Assembly: GCA_024137785.1 (NCBI GenBank)
Contig: JAHRHZ010000088.1
Coordinates: forward strand, 9,382,064 to 9,446,063
Source: Ginglymostoma cirratum
Lineage: Eukaryota
Length of the DNA stretch: 64,000 bases
Direction of reading: 5' to 3'
The notes under the pieces are model-generated. The model was not told where the DNA came from, did not search any database, and worked only from the letters and a program-made list of their open reading frames with translations. This document shows positions 1 through 13,019 of the stretch, one piece after another. Position numbers and translations under genes: made by a program. Positions within the stretch are counted from its first letter, which is position 1. Each line of letters opens with the position of its first letter.

Positions 1-89
1 TAACCTGGCTGCATCCCTGACCATGGCCCTTTTTTGGATTTTGCAATCATTAATAATGATCATGATTACTATATACGTTGAGGGTAGTG

Positions 90-237
90 TAATCACACCA
101 GCCTTAAATGGGCAGACACTTCTTTTAAATCAACCTGTTCAGAGATATTATTGCACTCCTCTGAAGCAGGTGGGACTTGAACCCAAGCCTCCTGGCTCAG
201 AGATAGTGATACTACCACTGTGGCCACGACAGCCCTC
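90..237 (-). mobile_element. tRNA-derived SINE, 5' head fragment
   Basis: The reverse complement reads GTGGCCACAGTGGTAG (A-box-like) ... GGGTTCAAGTCCC (B-box), followed by non-tRNA sequence. Confidence 0.6.
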
Positions 238-2034
238 TTTAACGGGGCAGACATATCAAGATGTGCTGGTATGCATCCACCTACCCCATAGCTTTCATTG
301 TCTTTGTTGAATTGGCACAGCATCCTAGCATTAACTAATTCCCTGTGAACCTTCGAATCCAAGGTGCAATTACTTAGTCGTTCCACTCATCCATTTTGGA
401 TACCAGAATAACAGCCAAATCTTTTGAATACTGGATCAGTTGAGATGCTTCATTAGAAGAACAGCTGAATATCTTAATATTGAGCTTGTCAAACAGTAGT
501 AGTTGGACAGAAAATGTTGTAAAGACAGAGATGGAAGTTGTAATGGCGTTTTTGGTAGCATCATCTATCAAGAGTGTAATTGCTTTGATAACAAGGCTGG
601 CGAGTCTCATTTGTAGATTGAATCCCCCATCCCAATCCAGATTAGATGAGTAACACAATATATATGTTGCTGTATCTAATGAGCTGTAATTAAGTTCATT
701 GCCTTAACTTTGTTTTTTAATCACTGAAGTTATTGTGCAGTCTGAGGTTCAACAAAACCTCCGTTTGGCACATATTCTGTTTATAGTGAAGATAAGCATT
801 GGGTGAATTTCTAATTAAATTTATGAAGAATTATGAATTACATTCTTTCAGTTTTTTTTTATTGATGCTTTATTTAAAACAGCGAGTATTGGAAGGGATT
901 GACACTTATTGATTGAATGACTGTCAATACGATACTGGCCATTGTGGTACTGCATGACGTTAGTGCTGTAGTCACAAAGTAACCTTAGTAGCAATATGTC
1001 GCAGGGTAACTACTACTTCCACTCTGACAAAACATAATAACAACTAGTATGGGAAATTTCAGTAAAAGTTACACTTTGAGCTGAGGTAGAACAGTTTTGT
1101 TGAAGTAATAAGGTGAGTTTACTGTGTAGTCTTCCTGTGCCATCCCCAATTTGGATGTTTGACACGAATAGTGAATATATTCCATTCTGTTTTCTGGAAG
1201 AACCCATAACTGCACAAAGAAATGTACCACTTGACACTATTACAGAGAACTAGGTTAGTGAAGGTTTTTAGCCTTTGAGGACAGAGATCCAAATTAACCA
1301 AATGACATTTCTGATCATCTTCCTTATTTTAATTTTTATTCATCTTACTCATCGATTTATTCCAGAGTAATTCCTCTGCCATCAAAATTATATCAACATG
1401 AGCATTTAAAGTATTTAACGAGAAGACTGAAATAAAGGGAATTCTGATTGATAATTTTTCTGTTTTTTAAAGCACTGATGAGATTTACTTCTAACCCAAA
1501 GATTTACTTGCTCTTGTATGAACTGCAATTCTTTGCATGAGGGCAAAAATTGGTATCCTTCTCTCTTATAATTCCCAAGAATTGTTAGCAAGAGGGTCAA
1601 TGGCAAGGACAGTGGGTACAGAATCTGTGGCAGTGTCAGTGGGTAATTAACTTGGGATCTGATATCTTTTTAAGTAGAATTCTGTTCCAAGTAGAAAATG
1701 TTTTGGGTCGGAACATTATGGAGCCTTTAAGGACACGTCTGATTTTTGGAAGAATATGTTTCTGTATAGGTATCTGCCTAGACTATTCATAGTCCTGTGG
1801 AACTCTTCTACCTCTGGGTATTGTAAATGACTGCTAAACCTGCCCTGACATGGCAGGTTTAGTAGTTAGTTGCAGAGTTGCACATAATAACTGAGTTCTC
1901 AGCTATTCTCAGTGCCTTGGTTATTGATTGTGCGGTTTTCATTAATATTATATATTATTTTAAAATTGTGTCTTAGCTTCTCTCCAAATGATTCCTTTTT
2001 CTCTCTGCTTCTTGCAAAAGTAGTTATTCAGTGC

Positions 2035-2108
2035 CTGTTCTGCACGCAAAACAAAACTTTTCACTGTACCTAGGTACATGTGACAACAATAAATCAAATA
2101 AATAAATC
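2035..2108 (+). mobile_element. 3' tail fragment of a LINE (Rex/L2-like), same tail as 6876-7180
   Basis: CTTTTCACTGTACCTAGGTACATGTGACAACAATAAATCAAATAAATAAATC resembles 7126-7178. Confidence 0.5.
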
Positions 2109-3169
2109 GGTATATGGGTTCCATGATCACAGCAGCCTTACGTATGCTATTTTATTCAAATGGATATGTTTATGTGTGAACCTGAAATGATGAATGTGTC
2201 AGGCCATCTATTCATAAGCAATGCAACAAGTCTTTTGCATTCACCCAGCTTCTAAGGTAGTGTTATCCTGTAATTGAGGTGAGAAAAATGGCAAGGGAAG
2301 GGGGAAACGAACTGTAAGCGCTGCCATTTTAGGACATTTGTTCTTGTTCTGATCTACCCGATGGGCCACGTGTTTAGGAGTTGGTTTTGGAGATGAACAA
2401 TACTGAAAAGTGGCGTTACTGGCCAACATGCCTGATGCCTGGCTCCACATCACCTCCCATTTTTGTGGAGGTGGGATTGGAACCAACAGCGCTATCCACC
2501 CACATACAGTGGGTATCCAATTAGATTCATTAAATAAGTTTAATTAGAGAAGCCAATGCATGATGTTCCAGTCAGCCTCCAAGTCCCTGTCCAAAGCAGG
2601 CTGATTTTGCAGATGGGAGACTGGAATCTTCATAGATTGCGATCCCTAGCTGGGTATATGAGCAGCTATAGTCTGACCTAAAGAGAGGCTCCCCTTTCCC
2701 CAGAGCCCCTTTTGCCCTGACTGCTAAATCACACTTTTCAATTAAAGATCTGAAGAGGCTGGAGACATAGAGCCTTCATGTTGAAGTGCCCTCTCTGCAA
2801 ATTTACCTCCTATTATTTACCTACTACTCCTCTCACACTGAAAGGCCTCAGAAGCAGGCTTCAAAAGCCCTTAATCGGATGGAGAGGCTTTCTCTGGACC
2901 AACTTCAGGGTCCCCTCAACCAGAAAATTGAAAATTTGACTGTTTCTCAGGAGGTAGATTCTGGATCCAGCCACAGCCGCAGCTTCTCTTTCTTTTTTGT
3001 CAGAGGGAAGTCAACCTTTTTGTCTCTCTTTTCTTTCTCTTGTTATTGGTAGTACTCTTCAATCGGCAGTTTAATCCTGAAAGTATATTTCAGCGGATAT
3101 TCCCTAGCAATAGGAAATCACCTCCTGTGTCTACCCTGTCAAGCCTCTTCAGAAACTTGTTCTGTGTCC

Positions 3170-4597
3170 AGGAGAGCTTTTTGATCCAGAAAGTAGAAAA
3201 CCTTACAAGGGAGTGGCAGTGCTGGACTCAATTTTAAGAAACAAAGTGAATGAAGTGGTAGAACTGTCAGTGGAAGAGCATTTTTGTGATAGTGACCAAA
3301 ACTCAGTAAGTTTTAAAGCAGTTATGGAAAAGGACAAAATTGGGCTGGAAGTAAAAGTTCTAAATTGGTCGACTTAATTCTGATAAGACAAGATCTGGCT
3401 AAAGTGGACTGTGAGCAGTTTCTTAGAGAAATTTACATCAGAGCAATGGGAGACATTTAAACAGGAAATAGTGAGAATGCAGGGCCAACATCTTTCAGTA
3501 CAGGCGAAGGAGGCAGCAAACAAGTCTGGGAACACTGAATGTTGAGGAATATGCAGAACTGGATAAGGAATAAAAGGGAAGCTTATGGCAGTTATCAAGA
3601 GCTAAAAACAGTTGAAGCCCTAGGGAAGTATAGTAAATGCAGAGAGCTATTTAAAAAAGGGGATATGAAAAGCACTGGCTAGTAAAATAAAGGATAAACC
3701 AAATATGTTTTCTAGGTATATTAAAGGCAAAAGGCTTTTTAGAGACCAAACCTAAGTGGGACCTGAAGACAGATGAGATTTTTAATGATTTGTTTGTAAT
3801 CACTATTGTGAAGAACATAGTAGAGTACAGAAGTCAGTGAGTGTGATTGTGCTTGTGATAAATGTGAACAAATTAGGATTGAGAAGGAAGAAGTATTAGC
3901 AGGATTAAAACCGGATAGATCCCAAGCCCAAATGATGTATCCTAGGCAGCTATGAGAGACAAAGGTAGAGATTATAGGGGCCTTGTCTTTAATTTTCAAA
4001 TAGTCTGTGGACGCAGGAGAGGAGAATTGCCAGGGGATTGGAAGAAGCTAATGTACCATTATTCAAGAAGGATGGTGGGGATAAACCAGGGAACAACAGG
4101 CCAGTGAATATAATGCCTGTGATAGGGAAACGTTTGGAAAAAATTCTGAGGGGCAGAGTTTATCTCCACTCGGAGTCACAAGGATTCGTCAAGGATTGTC
4201 TGCATGTCTTGGTCAGTGTGAGATCAGGTCTAACAAATTTGATTGACTTTTTTGTGGCAGTGACTAGATGTATAGTTGAGGATAGTGCAGCTGATGTTAT
4301 CTATATAAACTTCAGAAAGGCTTATGACAAAGTGCCTCATGACAAACAGGTCAGGAATTACCCTTGGAATCTAGGGCAATTTGGCAAGTTAGATTCAAAA
4401 CTGGCTGAGCAGCAAGAGGGCTAGGGCGCTGTTTGAAGGTTGTTTTTGTGAATGGAAGCCTGTGTCCAATGGCATATGACAGAGTTTGGTACTGGGTCCC
4501 TTGCAGTTTGTAGTGTACATTAATGATTTAGACACGCATATAGTGGTCATACCAGTAAATTTGCAGATGACGGAAAAATTGGTGGTGTGGTAAATAG
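3170..4597 (+). mobile_element. CR1 LINE ORF2 fragment (endonuclease end to RT), degenerate
   Basis: ORF 4038-4424 reads ANVPLFKKDGGDKPGNNRPV...QGFVK...LTNLIDFF...DVIYINFRKAYDKVPH; FADD motif at ~4560; many stops and frameshifts. Confidence 0.9.
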
Positions 4598-4715
4598 AAC
4601 TGAGATGAGGAATAACTTCTTCACCCAGCGAGTGGTGAGCCTGTAGAATTCATTACCATAGAAAGTGGTTGAGGCCACAACATTGCTTTATCAAGAAGGA
4701 TGTAGATACAACTCT

Positions 4716-5188
4716 GAGATAACAAGGTGTAGAGCTGGATGAACACAGCAGGCCAAGCAGCATCAGAGGAGCAGGAAGGCTGACGTTTNNNNNNNNNNNN
4801 NNNNNNNNNNNNNNNNNNNNNNNNNNNNNNNNNNNNNNNNNNNNNNNNNNNNNNNNNNNNNNNNNNNNNNNNNNNNNNNNNNNNNNNNNNNNNNNNNNNN
4901 NNNNNNNNNNNNNNNNNNNNNNNNNNNNNNNNNNNNNNNNNNNNNNNNNNNNNNNNNNNNNNNNNNNNNNNNNNNNNNNNNNNNNNNNNNNNNNNNNNNN
5001 NNNNNNNNNNNNNNNNNNNNNNNNNNNNNNNNNNNNNNNNNNNNNNNNNNNNNNNNNNNNNNNNNNNNNNNNNNNNNNNNNNNNNNNNNNNNNNNNNNNN
5101 NNNNNNNNNNNNNNNNNNNNNNNNNNNNNNNNNNNNNNNNNNNNNNNNNNNNNNNNNNNNNNNNNNNNNNNNNNNNNNNNNNNNNNNN
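4716..5188 (-). mobile_element. Penelope-type hammerhead-bearing short element running into the gap; 13-bp TSD TAGATACAACTCT (4703-4715 / 5189-5201)
   Basis: Same sequence family as 20235-20341, 24645-24786 and 33661-34211; identical 13-mer on both sides. Confidence 0.75.
4789..5188. other. Assembly gap (400 N)
   Basis: Run of N. Confidence 1.
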
Positions 5189-5348
5189 TAGATACAACTC
5201 TAGTGGCTAAATGGATCATGGGATATGGGGGAATGTCAGGATTAGAGTATTGAGCTCAATGATCAGCCATGATCATAATGAATGGTGAACAGGCTCAAGG
5301 GATCAAATGGCCCAATCCTGATCCTATCCTCTATATTTCTGTGTTTCT

Positions 5349-6421
5349 ATGGGAAAAGGAATGTTTTAGAAAACAAAGATAGTTGAAGTGTTGTTGCACT
5401 TTGTGAAGCCGGTTACCGACACTTACTATAAGTGCTGTTTTACAGGAGGTGTAAAATCCTGTAATTGAGATTTAGACAGTGTTAAGTAGCTCATTGGTCA
5501 GCGGAGTGGTGATCAGTTGCCAATGACAAGCACTTCCTGCCTAGCAACACCTGTGTGATTGGCTCCAAGGTGAACAACTCGTGAGAATGAGCAATATAGC
5601 CAGAACCCTTCAGACCTCTGGGGGACAGAATTTAGTGTTCTTCTCTCTGCAGTTATTAAAAAAACTAAAGCCTGAAGAAAGCCACTGTACGTTAGAGACT
5701 TGATAGTTTATGAACCAGTTGCTCTGCCTCCTACAAAGAACTATGAAACACCCAGGGGAGAAACAGACTGATGAACAACAAGTCCTGACAAACAAACAGA
5801 GCATTTCAGTGAACCCTGTGGGCAGGGGCCATTGAACTACCTTCCCAGGTTTACCCTCCATTCATGACACCAATGTTTCATTTGTCTGTCTGTATTTGTT
5901 TGTAGAGGAATTTTATAAAGGGTTCAGAGTTTTAACTATTTCTACTGGCTGGGCAGTCTTAGTCTAAAAGAAAGGACCAGAATCTTCAGGAGAGATGTTA
6001 GGAAGCACTTGAATGCACAATGGGTGGTAGACCAGTTGTTAATTTTAAGTCTGAGGTTGGTAAATTTTTGATAGCAAAGGTTCTGAGGTATATGGGCCAA
6101 AGGGAGGCATATAGAGTTAGGCCACAGTTCAGCCACGATCTCATTGAATGGCAGAACTGACTTGAGGGGCTGAATGTTAACTAGTAGAGTCATATATTGA
6201 CAGTTCACAGTTGTTTATCAAGAACAAGTGTCTATTTATTCATAATAAATAGTAATTCTTGTTAACTACAGAAACCTGGTCGGTGACTTGTGTTAACTTA
6301 AGTCTACAAAGGCAGCTAAATTGGAAAATGTTGCATATTTTGATAAAATCTTTAATTTTTGTGACAACTCTGGGAATAATGGGGTTTAATTTCTAGCGTG
6401 CCACCCCAGTGAGGTATGACA
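5349..6421 (+). mobile_element. 5' LTR of a Gmr1-like Gypsy element (5' edge lost; CR1 3' end inserted at ~5945-6190)
   Basis: Ends ...GTATGACA and is followed by a degenerate tRNA-Pro-like PBS (TAGGAGGCTTAATCTGGATT vs TGGGGGCTCGTCCGGGATT). The start ATGGGAAAAGGA...GTTGAAG...ACTTACTATAAGTGCTG aligns with 12904-12990. Confidence 0.7.
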
Positions 6422-6777
6422 ATCTTAGGAGGCTTAATCTGGATTTATTTTGAAACACAGGCAACAAGGATTTGTGTGTTGACTTATAAGTAACACAGAT
6501 GAAGGAAAATGCCAAATTCTATACTGCATTTAAGACATGACACTAGAAATGTCAAAGGATTTCCTGCAGGTGGCAGAGTTGTCCCCAGCAGTCTGAAGGG
6601 AACTTAGAAAATCCAAGGTGATTGAATTGCTGGGTAAACTGGAGGGAGCATTGCCTAGCAGAGCAAAGAAGGCAAATATGACTGCAGTACATGCATGGTA
6701 CTAATGTTTAGAGGAAATACAAGTGAGACCAAATACTCTAGGCATTGAAACCTCGGAATCAGGTGATATTCAAATCA

Positions 6778-6863
6778 CTTTGAAACATCAAAACGTCAGC
6801 TTTCTTGCTCCTCTGATGCTGCCTGGCCTGCTGTGTTCCTCCAACTCCATACTGTGTTATCCC
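6778..6863 (+). mobile_element. Truncated Penelope-type element with 12-bp TSD ATATTCAAATCA (6766-6777 / 6864-6875)
   Basis: AAACGTCAGCTTTCTTGCTCCTCTGATGCTGCCTGGCCTGCTGTGTTCCTCC matches 24688-24740. Confidence 0.75.
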
Positions 6864-6875
6864 ATATTCAAATCA

Positions 6876-7180
6876 GAGACTCCACCAACCCCTGGTTATA
6901 TTGTCCTCCACCCTCTTCCATCGGGCAGAAGATATAAAAGTTTGTATACATGAATAAACAGATTCAAGCACAGCTTCTTCCCTTTTGAATGGACCTCTTT
7001 AATGTTAATGTTAATGTTGATCTCTGTCTGCACCTTCTTGGCATCTGTAACATAATATCCTGCACTCTTCTGTTACCCTGTTGCATCTATATAGTATGAT
7101 CTGCCTATAGAGCACACAAGATAACACTTTTTGTTGTACCTCAGTACACATAACAGTAATAAATCAAATAAAATCAAATG
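6876..7180 (+). mobile_element. 3' end of a Rex/L2-like LINE inserted in gag
   Basis: HPLPSGRRYKSL..*INRFKHSFFP C-terminal motif, then a tail ending AATAAATCAAATAAAATCAAAT. Confidence 0.65.
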
Positions 7181-8344
7181 TTTAGTTATGGTTAAAACAC
7201 CTTGAGCATGAGGAGAAAATGAGATGCAACTAGTGATAGCAGAAAAAAGCAGGCAAAAAAAGACAAGGAAATAGAAATGGAAAAAGTAGACATGAGAAAA
7301 CTATAATTAGAATTGCATGAAAGAGAGAGAAGGTGAAAGGGTATAAGCTTTAAATGATGCATTTGAAATAGGAGATGTTAAATACTGAAGCAGGGAGAAT
7401 CTGAACCATAATATGAAGTCCTGTAAAGAAACGTTGAGGTTTTCGCAGGCCTTACCAATATTTGAGGAAAAGGATGTGGAGCCATCTTTCACATCATATG
7501 AAAAAATGTCGAGACAATTGAATTGGGCAGAAGTCTGGCCCTGTTCTTGCACAATATGTTGATAGGTAAAGCACAGAAAATTTATGCTTAACTGCCGCAG
7601 GAAGTTTCTTGGGAATGTGGAATATAAAGAAAAGCATATTGGCTGCGTGTGAATTAATGTCTGAGTCATAAAGATAAAGATTCTTGAATCTAAGAAAACA
7701 GCCTGAGCAAACCTATCTTGAATTTGAAAGCGTTAAGCAAAATAATGCTTACATGTGGATGTGAGCTTGAGAAGCTAAAATCATGTAAGATTATTCTCTT
7801 AGAGGAATTTAAAAACATGCTATCTTCTGTAATAACAAACCATGGTGAAGACCAAAGGATTGCAACTGCTAAATAAGCAGCAAAAATAACTCCCAATTAT
7901 GTTATCCATAAAGCTGAATCTTCTTCTCATTACTCTCATAAATTCAAAAGGGATAGAAAATGGGGGAGTTTAGGGAAGGCACATAGCCAGGGTAAAGAAT
8001 GGATAGCTGGGAATGCCCCAAGGTTTTCTCAGATCAGAAGGGGAAGTGCTGAGGTTGGGGTGAAAATTAGAAGCTCAGGTGTTTCCATTTTAACAAGCGA
8101 CATATTTGTTGAGAATATTAGAAATTGTGAGGGAAACCCCGAGGAGTTATTGGAGCTTGTAAGGATGAGGGAAGGAAGGGTCAATGAATCAGATTGTACC
8201 TTTAATTACAGCTATTACGCGGGAGCTGTGAGCGCTGAAGAAATACATAGGGTAGATGGTTTTTTTCTAAAGGAAAGATAATCCCCTTTTCCTCTATTTA
8301 AGTTTATTGAGATAAACTCTATTTAAGAATGAGGATAATTCAAA

Positions 8345-9230
8345 ACAAGTGTTTGGCATATCTTTGTTAATTGAGGCTCAGAAAGCAGATCCAGAGTTAA
8401 GTAAATTGCACAGACAGCTGACACTGCAGCTGAGGTTGAAGGAGTTCAGGAGTGCTATTATAATAAACATGGAATTCCAATGGGGAAGTGGAATCATCCT
8501 CTTAGAGCTGCAGGCAAAAAATGGATGGTTGTTTACCAGGTTGTGCTACTGACATATTGCAAGTATGGCAGAACATATAGGACAATGGAAAACGTAGGCA
8601 TTGATAAACAGGAATTTTAAATGGCCAAGACTTCATAAAGATGTAGTGCAATTCTGTACAATGTGTCATAGATGTCCTAGGGTTGGAAAACATCAAAATG
8701 TATTCAAACCAGCACCTTTGATACCCAAAACAGTTTTTGAAGAACCATTTAGTTGCATGTTAGTCAATTGTGTGGGACTATTACTGAAAACAAAAGCAAG
8801 GCATAATTATTTTCGTGCAATTATGGATATGACAACTTAAGCCCCAGAAGCGATTCCTTTAAGAATAATTACAGTTAAGGTGGTAATAGAAAAGTTAACT
8901 CACTTTTTTACTGGTTTTGGATTATCAATTGAAATACAGTGTATTCAAGGTCCTAACTTTATAAAGTTTTCCAGGAAATCATTAGCAGTTTAGGTGTAAA
9001 ACAATTGAAGTTACTACAATCTACAAGCACAGGGACTTTGAAGAGATACTATCAGACTCTCAAAACCATGACTAAAGCATAATGTCACGAATGCCCACAG
9101 GATTGTGACAAAGGATTAGATCTAATTGCTACCAGAAACTACCCAAATGAATCTATTGGCGTCAGTCCATTTGAATTGATTTATGGTGATTAAGGAGATG
9201 TTCTAGAAATAAAAAGCCAAATCCTTAATG
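8345..9230 (+). mobile_element. Gypsy integrase relic (upstream of RT)
   Basis: ORF 8601-8840 reads WPRLHKDVVQFCTMCHRC...KPAPLIP..FEEPFSCMLVNCVG (HHCC finger plus start of the catalytic core), followed by PEAIPLRIIT, QGPNF and QGTLKRYYQTLKTM. Confidence 0.9.
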
Positions 9231-9234
9231 TTGG

Positions 9235-11310
9235 TTTAAACATATGGTGGGGGATAGGAACCTAAACAGCAAGACAGTAGAGAGCAAACCAAGGACAAAA
9301 ACAAAAGTCAGAATTGAAATATGAAGAATGTGATAGAAATCAAACGACAATGCTATATACTTTGAACAGGATTGAAAATGTTAAGAAGGCTTAAGGCATC
9401 ATGTCTTAATGTGTGAAGCATTCACAATGAAGTGGATGAATTGTTAAGCAAATAGGTATAAACAAATATCCAGGGATATTCAGTTTCTCGGAAGGACAAA
9501 CAAAGAGGAAAAGGAGACGAGGTAGTATTGCTGGTTAAAGAGAAAATTAACATAATAGTGAGGAAATATATTAGCTCTACTGAAGTAGAATCTATGTGGA
9601 CAGAACTCATAAAAACCAAGGAACTGAAAACAATGGCAGGAGTTGCATATAGGCCCCCCAAACTGTGATAATGTTGGGGAAGACATTAATCATGAAATTA
9701 GAGCTGCAAGCAGTTAAGGTACAGCTGTAATTGTGAATAACATTTATCTTCTCATGGGCTGGGCAAACCAAGTCAGTAACAATATCAAAAAGCAGGAATT
9801 TCTGAAGTGTGTACAATCTTGTTTTCTGGCTCAATATGTTGAGGAACCAACTAGAAGACAGGCCATCCTGGACTGGGAATTTTGTGATGAGACAAGAATA
9901 ATTGGCTATCTAGCTGTATGAGGTCCCCTGGGGAAGAGAGACCATAATATGATAGCACTCTTCATTCAGATGGAAAGTGACATACTTAATTCTGAGACTA
10001 GGGTCCTGAAGCTAAATAGTGGAAGCTACGATGGTGTGTGGCTCAAGTTGCCTATGATATATTGGGAAATGTTACTTAAAGGGATAATGGTGGGTAGGCA
10101 ATAGTAAACAGTTGAAGAGTGCATGGGGAAACTGGAACAATTGTTCGTTCCTGTCTGGCACAAAAATTCAACGGGAAGGGAGGTCCAGCCATGGTTAACA
10201 ATGAAAATTAAGATAGTGTTGGATCCAAGGAAGGGGCATATAAATTGTCCAAAACAAACAGCAGATCTCAGGGTTGGGAGCAGTTTAGATTTAGATTTCA
10301 GTAAAGGAGGATAAAGGGATTAATTAAGTGAGGAAAAATAGAGTACTGAGGTAAACTTGTAGGGAATATACAAACTGATCATAAAAACTTCCATAGGTAT
10401 GTGCAGAGAACAAGATCATTGAAGACATATATAGGTCCTTGACAATCAGAAACAGGGTAGGGCTTAATGGGAAACAAAGAAATGGCAGATCAATTAATTC
10501 ATATTTTGGTTCTGTCTTTACAAAAGAAGAACATTCCAAAAATGTTGGGAGACAGAGGGGTCTAGTGAGAAAGAGGAAATGAAGGAAATCCATATTAGTA
10601 GGGAAATGGTGTTGGGAAAATTGATGGGATTAATGGCCAACATCAGTCTAGACCCCAGAGTATTTGGGGACGTGGTCCAAGAAATAGGGAATAGCGGTCA
10701 TTTTTTCAAGATTTTATAGACTCTGGAACAGTTCCTGTCAATTGAAGGGTACCTAATGTAATACTGCTGTTTGAAAAAGGAGGTAGACAGATAATTATAG
10801 ACTGGTTAGCCTGACGTCTGTAATAGGGAAAATGCCTGAGTTCATTTAAAAAGATTTAATAGCAAAGGATTTGGAAAATGATGACAGGATTGGACAGAGC
10901 CAGCATTGGGTTACGAAAAAGACATCATGGTGGACAATTCTTTTGGAATTTTTTAAGGATGTAACTAGCAGAGTTGATCAGGAGGAACTAGTGGATGTGG
11001 TTTACTTGGACATTCAGAAGGCGTGTGATAAGGTCCCAATTAAGAGATTAGCAAGTATCAAAGTGTGTGTGATTAGGGGCAATGTACTGACATGGATAGA
11101 GAATGGCTGCAAACAGGAAACAGGAAAAACTGGATCAATTTCCGAGTGGCAGTCAGTGATCAGTGGGATATCAGTGGAATTGGTGCTTGGACCCCTAGTT
11201 ATTCATGATGTAAATGATTTAGATGAGGGAACTAAATTTAATATCTCCAAGTTTTCAGACTACGCAAAGCTGGATGAGGGAGAGTGGGTTCTGAGGAGGA
11301 TGCAGGGATG
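9235..11310 (+). mobile_element. CR1 LINE (endonuclease to RT) inserted between the Gypsy integrase and RT
   Basis: FLAQYVEEPTRRQAILD (endonuclease); ORF 10871-11347 has VDVVYLDIQKACDKVP...NDLDEG...KFSDYAKL. Confidence 0.9.
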
Positions 11311-11334
11311 CTTTTGTGTGGCTTCAGGAAGGCA

Positions 11335-12700
11335 ATGGCCAAGGTGATATTATTGCTAGACTGTTAACCCAGAAACCCTGGGTTGTCTATGGTAATGGGA
11401 AGATTTTGCAAGACTGCTTAGATGATAATCTTGAGAGACATATATCTGGAATTATTGCATCTACTAGGCATGATGTGGACATAAGGAGAGTCCAATGAAA
11501 CAGCATCCTTATTTGTGATCCCAGTAGAACAAGCATGAGTGGAAACAGAAATGCAGTACGTGGAAATCAATTTGCTTGAGCCTCACCAAAGTTTATCGGT
11601 AATGTTAGTTCCTTAACAGGCTGGATCAACCAGATTCATATAGGCCATATAAAAGGAAATGAAGTCACAAGACAGATTTGTACTCCATTCCATGGTGGTA
11701 TTGATAGGTTTGCCAGTGCCTCTTCCTTTATGAGATTGATATATTGAAAGGGTACTGGGAAGTGCCATTAACATTAATGAGTAAAGAAATGTCCACTTCT
11801 GTTACACAAAATGGATTATACCAATGTTCAATAGTGCCATTTAGGTTAAAGAACTCCCCAAGTGTAATCCAGAGACTTATTAATCAAGTCATAGCTGAGA
11901 TCCAAATGTACAGGTTATTTTGATGATGTTGTGATATACAGTAACATATGGAAAGAGCATGTGGGACTTGTCTAAGTAATTACGGTTGGCTGGCTTACTC
12001 ATAAATTTAGCCAAAAGTGAATTTGCAAAAGCAAGAGTAACTTATCTAGGATGCATTGTAGAACAATGACGTGTGTTGCCAAAAAAAGTGAATGTGAAGG
12101 CTCTAATAGAATTCCCTGTTCCTAGAACTAACTGAGACATTGAGAGGATTATACTGTATGGGTTTTATTTGAACTTTTTGCATAATTTCAGCACAGTAGC
12201 CGTAACTTTAACAAATTTGTTAAAGAAACAAACAGAAGTGGTATGATCTGCAGTATGCCAGGCAGCCTTTGAGAAACTGAAGGAAATCCTAAGAAGTGAA
12301 GCAGTATTGATCACCCCTGCCTTTTTCCAGACCTTACCAAACAGCGATTGATGCTAGTGACTTGGGGATATGTGGACTCTTGGTGCAGGATAATGAGTCT
12401 GGAATACAAAAGTCAGTAGAGTACTCCCCTAAGAATCTAAAGCAGTATCAGAAGAAGTACTCTGCTGTAGAAAAAGAGACATCAGGAATGCTATTGGCTC
12501 TTCAACATTTTGAAGTTTATGTCCAAAATGATAACTAGCAAACATTAATTTACAATAATCATAACATACTGGCATTTGCTGAAAATTTTAAAATGCAAAA
12601 TGCAAGACTATTCGGACAGAGTATCTTGTTTCAACCATTTAATGTAAAAATTATTGGAAAAGGTAATGTAATTACAGATGCATTATGCTGAGTGTAAAAC
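11335..12700 (+). mobile_element. Gypsy RT and RNase H relic
   Basis: LKGYWEVPL (~11746), VPFRLKNSP (~11835), YFDDVVIYSNIWKEH (~11916), AIDASDLG (~12344), KYSAVEKE (~12455), QHFEVYV, GKGNVITDAL (~12656). Confidence 0.9.
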
Positions 12701-12866
12701 GTTGGAATACATTAAAGGTTTAAGAAATGCTAAGATGGTATAAGGACTTATAAGGTTGAAAGAAGGATGAATGAATGTAAAGCTTGTGTGCTTGTTTTTA
12801 TATATTATGTATTTTATAAAGAAGTACCTTTTTGAAAGGGTATTTCATTGTATAAGAGTGGAGACC

Positions 12867-13000
12867 TGTAAAGACTGTAGGTTTTCTTTGAGCGTGGACT
12901 GAAATGGGAAAAGGACTGATTTTAAAAAACGACTGTTGAAGGACTTTGGCATTTTAAAAATGCCAGCTACCAAAACTTACTGAAAGTGCTGGTTATCTTG
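12867..13000 (+). mobile_element. 3' LTR start of the Gmr1-like element, truncated
   Basis: Purine tract AAGAGTGGAGA (12854-12864), then TGT; similar to 5349-5436. Confidence 0.65.
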
Positions 13001-13019
13001 TTCTTTATTCAAACAGTGG

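Larger units (their letters stand above)
4598..5350 (+). mobile_element. CR1 3' end, interrupted by a Penelope-type element and an assembly gap
   Basis: RNNFFTQRVVSL*NSLP motif at ~4610-4660; CR1-type 3' UTR ending CTATATTTCTGTGTTTCTAT. Confidence 0.8.
6530..8200 (+). mobile_element. Gypsy (Gmr1-like) gag relic with SCAN-like capsid region and decayed zinc knuckle
   Basis: Translated pieces LPIFEEKDVEPSFTSYEKMSRQLNWAE (~7452-7530), IILLEEFKNML (~7790-7822) and CFH.NK.H (~8080-8105); many disablements. Confidence 0.7.

Noticed and set aside
374-658. 94-aa minus-strand ORF and other short ORFs in unique intronic sequence
   Set aside because: No recognisable domain or splice signals; length is within chance expectation.
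4653-5219. Long ORFs spanning N runs (also 33401-34235)
   Set aside because: Artefacts of translating assembly gaps.
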